A program made the position numbers and the translations under genes. Of a stretch of DNA of 64,000 bases, positions 1 through 12,573 are shown one piece after another. Under the pieces are notes generated by a model. The model made no database searches. It was not told the DNA's origin and saw only the letters and a list, made by a program, of their open reading frames with translations. The DNA comes from Podarcis cretensis (Eukaryota): contig OX638151.1 of the NCBI GenBank assembly GCA_951804945.1, positions 54,932,001 through 54,996,000 on the forward strand. The letters are read 5' to 3'. The first letter of the stretch is position 1; the number at the start of each line of letters is the position of its first letter.

Positions 1-1
1 C

Positions 2-208
2 TGGCATCCAGGAAAAAAACTAAATGGGGCTTTCTTTAATATTTCTTGCATTCTTAGTGTAATCAACGGCAGTATTAATCCTTTTGTGTACTTCCTTGTT
101 GGAAGACGAAAACAACAGAGGTCTCGGGAGACATTCTCTGCTGTGTTTCATCGATCCTGGAAGGATGAGACAGAAGTGGTGGTGACACAACAAACACATG
201 TTCACTGA
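2..208 (+). CDS. 3' end (TM7, helix 8, C-tail) of a MAS1/MRGPR-family GPCR, truncated by the window edge
   Basis: Frame from base 2 reads WHPGKKLNGAFFNISCILSVINGSINPFVYFLVGRRKQQRSRETFSAVFHRSWKDETEVVVTQQTHVH*. It has NPxxY and resembles the MAS1 C-terminus (NSSANPFIYFFVG...RAFKDE). AATAAA at 452-457. Confidence 0.88.
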   Translation, partial: WHPGKKLNGAFFNISCILSVINGSINPFVYFLVGRRKQQRSRETFSAVFHRSWKDETEVVVTQQTHVH

Positions 209-1051
209 ACATTGCCCATATGGGCTGGGGGCTGACGAGTATTGGAATCCAACAGCCTTTGGGAGGCCCCAGGTTCCCCATCTCTGCTCTAGAAGCTATT
301 AGAGCAATGTGACTGAAGTTTTTTTTTTAAGTTCGAATTTCATTATATACATTAAACATATATCTAAACCAATCTTATTACAAATGTATTGTGTTACATG
401 AGCATATTTACAACAGTCTGTAGATGAATGCACCACATTGTGCCAGGGTTCAATAAAGGATTTCCACCCCAACAGAGATCTGTTCCGTTTCTGACTTCAC
501 TCTCACTTAATTTGGTGATTTACATATGACAGTATAATCAGGACCCGCCTTTAAATTTCATGCCAGAGCCCTCCTTCTGCTCCGGAGATGGTAGGCTCTC
601 CTCAGTCCTAAATTCCTCCATCAATCAAAGCTTCCAATAAAACAGTTGATTAAAAATAAGGTATGGAATATAAATGCAGACCAATATCTCAGCAGCATGC
701 TGTTTTCACATGACTGGAAACATACTCCATCAAGCTTAGAGTCATATGAAATTTAATGTCACACTAATATAATCGTTACAACAGCACAAGCATTTCTGCT
801 TTCCAGTGGAACAATCTACCATTTCCCTGCCTGTGTGCTATTCTAGGGGTTCTCCTGACCCTCCCCCCAAAAAGAGCTGATTCAGAGAGAGGAGAGGGGC
901 ATGAGGAGAGGACCAGTTGTGCTGACTCCCACTACTGCAATTATTTTTTGAATCTTGCCCAAAGAAATCAATGAGACTTAAGTTTGTCATGAGCAACTGG
1001 TCCGATTGAGTTCAGTGCATCTTCTTGAAGCATGGCTAAGTCTAGAGTCAA

Positions 1052-1163
1052 ACATGAGTCTGACCAAACTGCGAGAGGCAGTGGAAGTCAGGAGTGCCTG
1101 GTGTGCTCTGGTCCATGGGGTCACGAAGAGTCGGACACGACTAAAAGACTAAACAACAACAAA
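1052..1163 (+). mobile_element. 5'-truncated BovB/RTE-type retroposon 3' end
   Basis: GTCCATGGGGTCACGAAGAGTCGGACACGACT and (CAA)n tail; 14-bp TSD AAGTCTAGAGTCAA at 1038-1051 and 1164-1177. Confidence 0.8.
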
Positions 1164-2072
1164 AAGTCTAGAGTCAATCTATATTGAACAAAAGCAATAA
1201 GAACACTTGGCAGAGCGCAGAGCTCTTAACATCCTGAACCTGTTTCCTCACAGTAGAGCACGACTGATGAATTTTCATAGGGAGCAAATTCTACATTACT
1301 GTATAGGTGCCACCAAAAATAATACGCCCAGAGCTGTATTTCAAGTAGTTGTTAATCATGCACAAGGTGGAAGCAGCAGTTGAAATAACAGCTCTCAAGC
1401 AGATCCCAACTCAAAGAGTTCAGGGAAGAGATTATATTTTATTCTATATCTAGTATGAGATCATTTGGGGCACTGGAAGTTAAAATGAATTGTATTTGGC
1501 CTAGAAATACATTGGTGACCAACAAAGTAAATACAAAATCAGTGTAAAGAGGATATTTTGCAGCTAATACAATAAATAGTAAAGCCAGGCTGCTGCATTC
1601 AGAACAAATTGACATTTCTGAGCTGTCCTAAAAGGCAGTTATACACAGGGCGCATTCTAGAGGTTGTATTCAACCTAGGGCTAAGGCAAACATTCTGCCA
1701 GTGCAAGTTGTCTCTCTCTCTGCACAATTGAACATCCCCTCCCCATAAACCTTGAGTTTGTTCTGGTGTTCCCCACCCCCCAACTTTCAGGATCGGATTT
1801 GTGGACACTGCAGAACACGGATGGTAGAAAATATAGAGGAAAGTCCCTGTGTGCAAGCTGAAGGTGTCCACTCAATGCATTTTTTTTAGTTGAATACTGT
1901 CCTAGTAGTCATTTCAAGAGATTTCCAAAGCGTACAAAACAGTGACCCAGTTCCTTTGTCTTTAGAAAGGGGTACAGCTGATTATGTGGAGCCAGAAATT
2001 ACTGGATGACATCACCCTGTGGCTTCATATTATCATTATTTATTAATCTCAAAGAGATATAAGAGTTGTAAC

Positions 2073-2208
2073 CAGTGCTATTTTTCTAGAAAAAGAGGTT
2101 CCAGAACTTACAATGAATGCCTCCCTTGTTCTCTTATAATGGCAATGGTGCCCACCTGAGAGGTGCCTGAAATGAGTTCCAGTTAGTTTTGACTAAGAAA
2201 AGGCCCTG
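2073..2208. mobile_element. hAT-like MITE
   Basis: CAG…CTG termini; 8-bp TSD GTTGTAAC at 2065-2072 and 2209-2216. Confidence 0.65.
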
Positions 2209-2488
2209 GTTGTAACTTTATAAAGCCACATACGAGAGTTCTAGCATAGAAAGCAGTAGCATAGTACCATATTTTTAATATTTTGTTGGAAGCCGCCCAG
2301 AGTGGCTGTGGAAACCACTTATTATTAAAATTATTATCACCACTTTCAAGTATCTTCCCGCCAGCAGAACCACAATGAGATTGCTAGAAGAAACTATGCT
2401 GATGGTATCAACTATGCTGAGAGGGCCAGGGGGGATGTATCTCCATCTTTGCCCAAGAGCAGGTGATCTATAATTATCATAATCATCA

Positions 2489-2790
2489 TCTACCAGGCTG
2501 ATCAAGAAAGTCTCCATCTGAAACCGGAGTAGGAAGCTGCATCCAGTGTAATGATATTGTGATCTTCACAATACTGCAGCTAACAGTTCTTGTGAGGTCA
2601 TGAAAATCTCATATTGTTTGTTACATAGGGCGCCCATCATCATACTGAGGTGGGCCATACAATTGCAGCAGTACAGTTTTAAGAAGGACAGAAGCATGAA
2701 CACAGGAAGGTGAAAAGAAAACTGGAGAGCGATCACGGTAGTATTCAGATTTCTGTCTTCCAACTGCTCTTACTAATTTTATTAAAAGAA
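2489..2790 (+). promoter_or_regulatory. Conserved upstream module (putative promoter and non-coding exon 1) of gene A
   Basis: TGAGGTCA at 2593-2600, TTGTTACAT, GAAGGTGAAAAGAAAACTGGAG; a homologue lies upstream of every receptor gene. Confidence 0.6.
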
Positions 2791-4130
2791 AGGCCAAGAG
2801 TTTCATTACTCACATGCGTCTGTTTAAAAGGCATCACAGAGGAGAATTTTTAAGGAGCACAGTGTCAAACAGATCACTGCTGTACCTTGAGTGGAAATGG
2901 AGGGATGAGGGAAACAAAGGTAAAGTGAGGATGTCTTATTTCCATCAGGCACTTGCCTCTGAAGCCTTCTCTACAGAAATAAGGTTAACATTTATTTCCA
3001 GTTCACTGGCATAGGGAGATAAATACTTTAGAAGGCACATTTCTAGTCTGGTGTACAGATTTCTAAACCACCAGTCTTAATAGTCAAATATGAGCGGGCC
3101 CCTCAGTTCAATCATCTATTACTTCACAATAGCTAGAGACTTTGCCCAGACTTTTGCTTCACTGGGATGGAGTTGCTTCAATCTACTGATCTTGCCCTTA
3201 GTCTAAGAGGTATGTCTGGTCCAGGAGAAGATAAAACCATGACCACTCAGATATGCCTTCTGGAAAGTCAGACATAGAGCTGAAGTCTTAGAGCTGAGGG
3301 TGTCACATTCCCTTCTCTCATTCTTCTCCTGTTTTGATCCTGAGTAGGGGTTGTCCTGGGGTGCCCTGCTGACATTCATAGGAAAACAGTTGCTCATTTC
3401 CCATTTCCCATTAAGCAAAGAGTGGTGTGCCCATGTTCCCAAATCATAAATATAAGCAAAATTAACAGAGGATTTAAAAGTTAGGCTGTAGAAACCAAGA
3501 CACTTTGGAGGAATGTTGCCTCCTGCCAAATACAAACCTGATACACAAAAAGAAAGGTTCATGAGGATTTAAGGATGGCATGGGAGGTATCTTTTAGCTG
3601 TCTGGTGGGCAAATATGGCATACCATTCATGTTTTCAAGAGAAGCATAACTGCTTTCATGTAAAGTGATGGACAAGTAGTAAATACCTATTCCCAAGTCA
3701 TGAAGGCATTCCAAAATACCCTGAAATAATCGCTTGAAAAACATATTCTGTCATTGCTCAGACAAAAACAGTTGCTTGGATCCCAAATTACCATGAATTC
3801 CCCCTCTACTTTTCTCACAGGATAGGAGAAAGAGTTGGTTTTTGCCAGTTCTCTCTCCCTCCCTTCCCATAGTCCTCCTTGATCCCTTAAAATCTGGGCT
3901 GCCAATAAAAGACATGGAGGTTCACATGAGCCCCTCGGGCTGCATGTCAAACCAAAGCAGTATTATATTTTGATATTCCCATTAACTCATTTCTTCTTTC
4001 ACAATAATTTTATTACATAAAAACTGAATTCCAAATTTGGTACAAGCTAATAAAGTTGCCCAGTCTAGTTACCAATTCAGATATATTGTATTTTATTGCA
4101 GCTATTCATTGCAGGATGCTAGTATTTAGG

Positions 4131-4279
4131 TGAAATTGGGTTAGTGTGAAACTGATAATCTTAGGCTAAGATAATTACACCTATTTCATTGTTTTTCAAC
4201 ATTAGTTGAAATTGGGTTAGTGTGAAACTGATAATCTTAGGCTAAGATAATTACACCTATTTCATTGTTTTTCAACATT
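4131..4279 (+). repeat. Tandem duplication, 73-bp identical core, period 76
   Basis: TGAAATTGGG…TTCAACATT at 4131-4203 and 4207-4279. Confidence 0.9.
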
Positions 4280-4489
4280 TGGTATCAAATATTTCCATGC
4301 AGTAGGGAAAATGTGCTGTGTTGTGACTATTTTCTGTTCTTTATAATTGTCCATGCAACAATTTACTTCACAATAGCAGACGCCATCTGCAGTGAGAAAA
4401 TTAGCTATGTTGTATTTTAAACAGAGGCACCTGCAGGAAATAATAATCAATGACAGCCTTCCTCAACCTGATGCCCACCTGATATTTTT

Positions 4490-5420
4490 GATGATGATGA
4501 TGATATATTTTCACCCTGCCCATCTGGCTGGGTTTCCACAGCCACTCTGGGTGGCTTCCAACAAAATATTAAAAATACAGTGGTACCTCGGGTTACATAC
4601 GCTTCAGGTTACAGACTCCACTAACCCAGAAATAGTGCTTCAGGTTAAGAACTTTGCTTCAGGATGAGAACAAAAATCATGCTCTGGCGGCATGGCAGCA
4701 GCAGGAGGCCCCATTAGCTAAAGTGGTGCTTCAGGTTAAGAACAGTTTCAAGCTAAGTACGGACCTCCGGAATGAATTAAGTACTTAACCCGAGGTACCA
4801 CTGTACAATAAAGCATCAGACATTCAAAACTTCCCTAAACAGGGCTGCCTGCAGATATTTTCTAAAAGTCAGAAAGTTGTTTATTTTCTTGACATCTGAT
4901 GGGAGGGCGTTCCACAGGGCAGGTGCCACTACCAAGAAGGCCCTCTGCCTAGTTCCCTGCAACCTCACTTCTCGCAGGGAGGGAACCACCAGAAGGCCCT
5001 TGGAGCTGGCCCTCAGTGTCTGGGCTGAACGATGGGGGTGGATATGCTCTTTCAGGTATACTGGGCCGAGGCCGTTTAAAGGTCAACACCAACACTTTTA
5101 ATTGTGCTCAGAAACGTACTGGGAACCAATGTAGGTCTTTCAAGACTGGTGTTATGTGGTCTCGGCGGCCGCTCCCAGTCATCAGTCTGGCTGCCGCATT
5201 CTGGATTAGTTGTAGCTTCTGGGACACCTTCAAAGGCAGGCCCATGTAGAGCGCATGGCAGTAGTCCTAGTGGGAGATAACTAGAGCATGCACCACTCTG
5301 GCAGGTAGGGTCTCAGCCTGTGTACCTGATGGAGCTGGTAGACAGTTGCCCTGGACACAGAATTGACCTGCGCCTCCATGGACAGCTGTGAGTCCAAAAT
5401 GACTCCCAGGCTGCGCACCT
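4490..5420 (-). mobile_element. L2/CR1-clade LINE 3' fragment with a nested Tigger-like MITE
   Basis: Minus-strand translation VRSLGVILDSQLSMEAQVNSV…RLRPYL; (ATC)n tail; the same 3' end recurs at about 51400, 60655 and 61100. Confidence 0.8.
4578..4803. mobile_element. Tc1/mariner (Tigger-like) MITE
   Basis: TIR CAGTGGTACCTC…GAGGTACCACTG; TA TSD. Confidence 0.85.
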
Positions 5421-5806
5421 TATTACAACTCCCATGAGCCCCATCCAGCATGGCCAGTGGACAGGGATGATGGAAGTTGCAGTCAAAATGTTTGGAGGGC
5501 ACCAGGTTGTGCAAGGCTGTTTCATTTGGATGAGTTATGCATACTAAGGTTTTCCTGCAGAAACTGATGAAAGGTCATACCAGTTTTTGTAGGCTTGTGC
5601 TCTCTAAAGAAAGACACAAAGTCCAGTATGTAGAAGAAAGCCATGGGAGAAAATTCCAAAGTGGCAAGTGGAATATTGTAATACAAACATTCTTGCCTTG
5701 ACGGTTTCCTACCTCTATCACTACTTCACAACACCATAATAATGACAATCTGTGTTTGATTTTTGGCAGGTTGAAGAGAATTGCTTCATACATTAACAGT
5801 CCCAAG

Positions 5807-6778
5807 ATGGCAGAGTCATACTCCTTGTCTTTCCACACTATTGGTGGAGTCAGAAACCCCGCAGGACAACTGGATACTGGCTACGCCATGCAAAGAACAA
5901 TTATGATAATAACTATTCCAATTTGTGCTTTAGGATTACTTGGCAATGGAATTGTCTTCTGGCTTCTTTGGAACAGGATTCAGAAAACTAACTTCACTGT
6001 GTATTTCCTGAATATGGCAGTTGCTGATCTTACTGTACTCTCCTACTATGTAACAGCTTTCGTTTTATTTTTGAAATCTGTTCCGATCAGCATATACCAT
6101 TTACATATAGTAGAGTTGGTGCATTCATTTGGATTCAATGCCAGCACCTATCTGCTTACAGCTATCGCAGCTGAAAGATACCTCATGGTCTTTTTCCCAG
6201 TTTGGTATCAAGCTAGACGGCCAAAGTATCTCTCTGAAATTATGTGCACCGTTTTATGGGGTCTGTCCGGCCTGATGTCACTGGTGTTGTATTGTGCCTG
6301 CTATCTACAATTTGAGTCCACGGTCAACGAAAAGAATGCAAGTTGTGAGCCTTCAAAAATGTTCAGAGTGATATTCAACCTCCTGGTTTGTCTTCCCATC
6401 ATGGTCTTTTCCACTTTGATCCTTCTGATCAGAATGCTGAGGACAGAGCAAACGCCTCCGGCAAAGCTGGACATCACCATTGTGGCCACAGTTCTCCTCT
6501 TTATTCTGTTTGCTGCTTCCGTGAGGATCATTGATATCATGGCACGTTGGGTTCCAACCATACATGTACCAGTGCTCTTTTTAATCTTACATTTTCTTGA
6601 TTCCATAGACAGCAGTGGAAACCCTTTTGTATATCTTTTTGTTGGATATACAACAAAAGGAGAGGTTGGCAACAAGCCCATCCAGACATATCTTGAGAGA
6701 GCTTTCTTGGATGAAGGAACTGAGAGTGCTCCAATGAATACAGGAAAGGCTGTGACCTGGGCCTCAGACATAAGATAG
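5807..6778 (+). CDS. MAS-related GPCR (MAS1/MRGPRH-like), gene A, 323 aa, single coding exon
   Basis: Seven hydrophobic segments; GLLGNGIVFWLL, NMAVAD, AERY, FFPVWY..RPKYLS, GNPFVYLFVG. Acceptor ttttggcAG at 5768-5769; first ATG after it is 5807. The ORF-track start at 5756 is intronic. Confidence 0.93.
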   Translation: MAESYSLSFHTIGGVRNPAGQLDTGYAMQRTIMIITIPICALGLLGNGIVFWLLWNRIQKTNFTVYFLNMAVADLTVLSYYVTAFVLFLKSVPISIYHLHIVELVHSFGFNASTYLLTAIAAERYLMVFFPVWYQARRPKYLSEIMCTVLWGLSGLMSLVLYCACYLQFESTVNEKNASCEPSKMFRVIFNLLVCLPIMVFSTLILLIRMLRTEQTPPAKLDITIVATVLLFILFAASVRIIDIMARWVPTIHVPVLFLILHFLDSIDSSGNPFVYLFVGYTTKGEVGNKPIQTYLERAFLDEGTESAPMNTGKAVTWASDIR

Positions 6779-6839
6779 AAAGGATTATATATAGAGGTAT
6801 ATTGCAAAATTATTCTACACGTGGGAATACTAGCTCCAG

Positions 6840-6845
6840 AATAAA
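6840..6845 (+). terminator. Polyadenylation signal of gene A; homologous signals at 13872, 19138, 27202, 33253 and 39772
   Basis: Conserved GAATAAAT context 50-100 nt after each stop codon. Confidence 0.7.
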
Positions 6846-7232
6846 TGTATTACAGATACTTTAGATTCTTCCTTAATTCTAATAATTCTCTAGGCTCCTA
6901 TTCCGATTCCTCACCTAGGAGTCTTCCTGGTCCTTAGCCATTTGTGCCTTGTCATGTGATAGAGAATAAGGAAAGTGAGGAAAGGACAAAGGAAAGTAGA
7001 GGTGTAAGAGTACATGAGCCTTGCTGGGGCATAAGTGAGTTGGTTGCTTCTCGAGGTGGTTCATCAACAAGCATCTGGAAGAAAGGAAGTGAATCTTGAA
7101 TACAGAGGCAGACGGTCTGCAGATGACCCAGATAAGAGATCTGTACAGAGGAGTTAATGTAAAAGTGCAGCTTAAAGGTCAATAAAATATAAATTGAAAA
7201 TAAGCTCCAGCTAGTAAGGACTGTTGCTGGGG

Positions 7233-7823
7233 CAGTGGTTCTCAAACTTTTTCCTCTGGGCCACACTTTCAGGAAAAAAAATTGCTTTCAGCACACTGAA
7301 CGTTTTATCAATAATAAATACTTTGGAAAACAAAAAGAAACAACTCTCAGCAGTAATACAATTTATAACATACTGTAGAACACAACTACTTTATAATATG
7401 ACCGTGGGGCATCCAGAAAGTTTAAAACAATGCAGCTACATAAGAACATGAATCATTCATTGCCAAAATGTAATTTTAAACAAGCCCCTTCCATATGTAC
7501 GTTAAGCATGTATACAGACTCAATGAAAGGTGTGGGTTTGCTTTTTCTAGGTAATCTGATTTATATTAGGTCTAGTTTGAAACAAACTCTCATCAACACA
7601 AATAAGCCTTTCTCTTTTGTGATCTTTCATATTTGTCAGAGTTGAAAAAACCCTGTTCACAACAATATGTTGTGGAGAACTGTATAAGAACAGCCAATGC
7701 TCTTGAAGAGAGGTGTGGATGCTATACTATACTACGCTGGAATGTTTAAATGCTTCTTTGCTCGTCCTTAATTTTCCTGCCACACTTGCTATCCTCTCCT
7801 GCCATACCCTCTGAGACCCACTG
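7233..7823. mobile_element. hAT-like non-autonomous DNA transposon
   Basis: CAGTGGTTCTCA…TGAGACCCACTG termini; TSD degenerate. Confidence 0.55.
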
Positions 7824-9329
7824 CTCTAGGGCAAGAATGAGTAGCCTGTAGCATTCCAGAAATTGTTGGACTCCCAACTCCCATCAGCCCCAGTCAGCAC
7901 AGCCAATGGTCAGGGATTATAGGAGTTGTTACCCAACATCTGGAGGGCCATAGGTGCCACACTCCTACTCTAGAGAACATGTAAAATATATGTATTAAGA
8001 AAGCATATTTACCCCATTCTCACTTTATCATTACAATTATTACCAAGTTAAACCTATTTTCTACTTCCTTTGAAATGTATTTAGCCTAAAAAAGACAATT
8101 CCTTTTGCAATGAGCTGATTTTTGAAGTGTTGCCCTTTGAAAGTATTTGCTTTAATCAGTAAGGAATGAAGAGTGGAGAAAGTTGTCTGACTTTTCAAAG
8201 AAGCAAATGTTGCTGCCCTGTGCTCTCGGTATATAATATCCCATGTTCCTGCAAGTCTGTCTATAAGTTATGTCCCTTTAAACCACTTTGTGGGAATGGG
8301 CTGGAGTGGTACTAATACAAAATTGGAGAACAAGTGGGAAATTCTGTTTATCTTGCATAAAGGCATAATTGCAAGAGTCTATAGCCTTTGTTTAAACTTG
8401 GATCAGAACCAGGATACATATATGAGACAATGGGCATGAGATTTGGATCAAAGAGTAACCAGGAAACAATAGAACTGGATTTGGAAAAACTTCTATTCTA
8501 ATATAATTACAGCAGAACTATTTTAAAAACCTTCTGTCAACGAAGCCTCTGGTGTGCAGACAGCATCTTTCCACTCACTGCTGAAACCCTCAATACTTTC
8601 CCTAGCTGCTTTAACCTTCTCCATGTTAGAAATGTAACAACAGGGATCATTCAGTTTGTAATCTAAGGATTAATTCTGTTTTCAGTAAGCCAACTAGGCA
8701 AGAGGGAGGTGTTTGGATGTGCTGCTTAGCAACCAGGTTGGGTGGCATGATGCGTAGAGGTACTGCATGCTCTAATTGATCATGTATTTCTGATATAGTT
8801 TTCCCCCTGTATTTGAAGTTATATGTCTTCCTGTTATGAACAAAGTTTGAATTCAGAACAAGAAGATGTCTATGTTTATTTCTCCTTGTACTAAATACTG
8901 TTTTCGTCAGGTTTCCCTCAGTAAAGTGTTATCAGTTTCTTTTCTCTCTGGACTCCGTCTGCATTATTACCCACCTGCATTTATTACCTTTTTATATATA
9001 ATGGAAGCTGCCCAGAGTGGTTGGGGAAACCCAGTCAGATAAGTGGGGTATAAGTAAAAAATGAAATCCGGAAATCTGGTAGGAACTGTTTATCCCCCTG
9101 CAGAGAACCATGTTTGTGTTTGAATTTTGTTTGTGTGTTTTTTCCCTAACTTACCGCTTCTGAAATAAACTACAGCTTTTTAAAAAATCATAAAATGATT
9201 TTTAAACTGTTGAGGAAGAGAAATTACACTGACATAGAGTACAGTGAAGAGCATGGGCCCCTCAAATGAAATTCTGCCCCTGGGCCTCTGCGAGTCTTAA
9301 AAAAGCCATGTCTGAGGGTGATAAAATTG

Positions 9330-9560
9330 TAGATGTTCCCACACTCCAGAAAACAGTTGCTGTGAGGTCATAAGATTCTTACATTCCATTTATTACATAG
9401 GAACACATCACCACAGTGCTGTGGTTCATACTTTTGCAGTAGTAAGCTCCTGAGAAGAGTAAAAGAGTGGCCTCCTAAGGTTGAAAAGACAACTGGAGGT
9501 TAACTATAATGGTAGCATTTCTTTGTTTATCTTGAAGCTCATTATTTTATGCTTGTTGGT
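9330..9560 (+). promoter_or_regulatory. Upstream module of gene B
   Basis: TGAGGTCA at 9363-9370, TATTACAT, AAGGTTGAAAAGACAACTGGAG. Confidence 0.6.
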
Positions 9561-10410
9561 GTTTTAAAATGTTTTTAATGCTTTAACTATGCTTATATTT
9601 TATTTATCATTTTCATGAGTCACATCATTACATGTCTTTAACAAATGTCCTGGGAATTTGCTAGACTGAATTTGATTCCCACCCCCCCTTCCTAAGAACC
9701 TTCAGTCATAACCATGGTGTTGGGTAGATCACTGTACACCTTTTGTACATGCACCTTTTGTACTGTGATGAGGCCTGGGTATAGCTGTGGCAGTGTCAGA
9801 GGAGAAAGCAATTGATGGAATTACATTTTCATCCAACACCTGTCCCTGACATCTTCTCTCCAGAAGATGCAATTGTGTTACATTACCTTGGAGTCAAACT
9901 CCCACAATCTGGAAACATAGTGGGAACTCCACAGATGAAACAGATGGCAAGAAAATTCCCTTCTGCTCAAACCCCAAAGAAGGACCTCCTCCAACCAGAA
10001 GCCCTTGTGCCACAAGAGCTGCTGGACAACCCTTGCAACCATATTTGCAGCCCCCTTCCAACAACTCCGTTTCAGAATTTGTGAGAGAGTCAAGGTACTC
10101 CTAAAACTTCCAGAGCCAACATGTGAAAAATTACCCAGGCAAGGAGCTAAGCACTCTGTCTGGGCAGCGCAGCCACATTTATAAACCTTCAGTGAGCTCC
10201 AGATCTTTGCTGGATCAACAGATCAGCCTACTCTATTTGGATGACTGCATCTATTTGAAAATGTTGCCTTCTTTCTTGCCTTTTGTGGCAATCACACAGG
10301 GTCCCGGGACGTTTGACGGTCTATTGATCCCTGTGCCACCACTGTGATTGCCTCTTCGCTGCCACCAACCCGTTTCTCATGGGTACGCACGGAGTCCAGA
10401 CAGTTGTTAA

Positions 10411-10675
10411 TGTTATGTAGTGATGTTTCACCCTGGGCCAGCAGGGGGATACTGTATATAGTTTTCACTCAGGTCTGTAGATAGTTTTCACTCAGGTCCA
10501 CGTCAGTTATTTTAGGCGGGAACTCTGGGCTGTTGCTGCTACAATGTTGACAGCCGGCTGCCTATAAAAGCAGGCCGGGTGAGCTGTTTGCAGTCAGTTC
10601 TATTCCAGCTTACAAAATAAAGAGCTACTTGGAGAAATCGCTGTGTCGTCTGCTATGTCAACCCACAACTTAACA
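10411..10675 (+). mobile_element. Solo LTR, nested in a second LTR-like element (about 10284-11038)
   Basis: TGTTA…TAACA ends, TATAAAAG at about 10563, AATAAA at about 10616, flanks GTTAA/ATTAA; host element is bounded by TGTGGC…GCCACA. Confidence 0.6.
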
Positions 10676-11706
10676 ATTAACATTAACAAATAATCAGGTT
10701 TATTGTTTAGCATGAACAAGTTTAAAGTTTCAGTTAATTTTTCTTGTCAGTTTCTTAATCTTAGTTCCTTAACTGACCTATCCGTTCCTAACAACTTCAA
10801 ACTGATTATCCCAACTAACTATCTGATTCCACCTAACAGTTCCTCTCACTCCCTCACAACACAACTCGACCAACCCACAGACTTATCCTCCCTCTTCCTT
10901 CACCAACTCCCAACTCTCAACTGACTTCCACACAACACAGACTCTAACTCTAACTCCTCCTATCAGTTTTTCTCTGGCCAATCACATCACACTCATTTAA
11001 CTCTTTCCTTATGACCCACCTAGGAGGCAAACGCCACACCTGCTAGTCCTGTTTTAGAACGTTGCCTAGGAACCAGATAATGCCTTGTATCCTACTTGTG
11101 TTTTTCTGGCCCTACTAGTGGGGCTTTCACCACATTCAACTGGCTTCTTCATAATAGGCATGCACTTTGCCAAGTGACTCCCTGGGACGGAGTTTGCTTG
11201 ATACAGGCCTTGCAGGTAGTTCAGAGGGCAAGGCCTGGTCTATACATGCAGCACTGTGAGATGATAAAGTCCTGAGATGGCACAACCGACTGCGCCACAA
11301 AAGATTGCTGTGGAGGCAGTAGAAGTCAAGATATGGGGCCCTTAGCGGGAAAAGCCTATAACCAATTGCTGTCACTAGTAAACCCATCTTGGCTGCACAA
11401 ATTGAAAGGTGTGTCAGAGCCCAAGGCTCTTAAGGCACTTTCAGGACTGGCTTGTTTGAAACCTGGTAACTCTCATTTCAGATAAAACAGAAAGCTGTGC
11501 TGGATTGGAGATGCCTGGGTTGGACTGCTGCACATTGTGAAGAGAGGAGGGAAAGAGCTGCATGAGCAAAAGGTGTGTGCACACCTAAGCTTATTAAGAG
11601 AGGAATGATGGTCTGAACTGGGATATTTTGCACATTTAGATATCCTGAATTAACTTCATGAAACAGAAGTTTGGATCATGGAAGTTAGCCAAATGGCATC
11701 ATGTAC

Positions 11707-11743
<37 letters not shown>

Positions 11744-12050
11744 TATGAGGAAATTGCATACCCTGTCATTCACTTCATTAAAAAAACCTGAGGGTGTGAT
11801 TGTTCTAAAATGAGTTCGTTCTTGCGAGTTGCTCAATATGTTTCCAGTGCAAGGTAGGCTGTATTTTCTTACCCGCAACAGCTAGATGACAGAGCACTGG
11901 TACTTGATAGAAACTGAACCACCATAAAGCCTCATTGCTATGTAAAGCAATATTGACTATTTGAATGCTTTTCTGCATATGAGTATATTTGGTACAAAAC
12001 ATTTCCTTGCAGAAGGGTTGTATATGAAACATTCAAATTTGACTCAAAAT

Positions 12051-12237
12051 AAAAAAAAATCCTTCCAGTAGCACCTTAGAGACCAACTAAGTTTGTTATT
12101 GGTATGAGCTTTCGTGTGCATGCACACAAAAGTTCATACCAATAACAAACTTAGTTGGTCTCTAAGGTGCTACTGGAAGGAATTTTTTTTATTTTGTTTC
12201 AACTACGGCAGACCAACACGGCTACCTGCCTGTAACT
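12051..12237. mobile_element. Penelope-like element terminus collapsed into a 120-bp palindrome
   Basis: 12061-12120 and 12121-12180 are inverted repeats with 2 mismatches, followed by CAGACCAACACGGCTACC. Confidence 0.65.
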
Positions 12238-12573
12238 CAGATTTGACTGTTTCCTATTCATCTTTTGCAGATGACTTCTGGAAAAATCCAGTACTGACTG
12301 TAATTTCTGTCTGTACTGAGAAAACAGGTACAGAATCCTTCAAACATGTAGATCTGGGGTGCACTATCTTCTGGAGGTTGTGATATTTTAGGGGGAGTAT
12401 CTGGATGGTTGATACCTGCTAGGGCTTACCATAGAAGCAGCGAAAGGCAACAGAAAATTGTGTAATGATAAAGCACCCCCGTGTCATCTAAATGAATGCA
12501 GAAAGCCCCTGTACCGAGGAAGCAGCCTAGGGAGGAAAATAAATTCCAGTTTAGCCTTTATTAACCAAAGCTT

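Noticed and set aside
4131-4279. CRISPR-like or regulatory repeat array
   Set aside because: Eukaryotic DNA with only two adjacent copies and no spacers; a simple tandem duplication.
5756-5806. ORF-track N-terminal extensions of A, D, E and F starting at TTG or GTG
   Set aside because: Non-ATG starts at or upstream of the conserved splice acceptor; B has an in-frame stop at the equivalent position.
6301-6807. Antisense ORFs over the receptor genes (also 13376-13759 and 18634-19029)
   Set aside because: Shadow ORFs: their starts and stops are not conserved between paralogues, and their similarity only mirrors the sense-strand genes.
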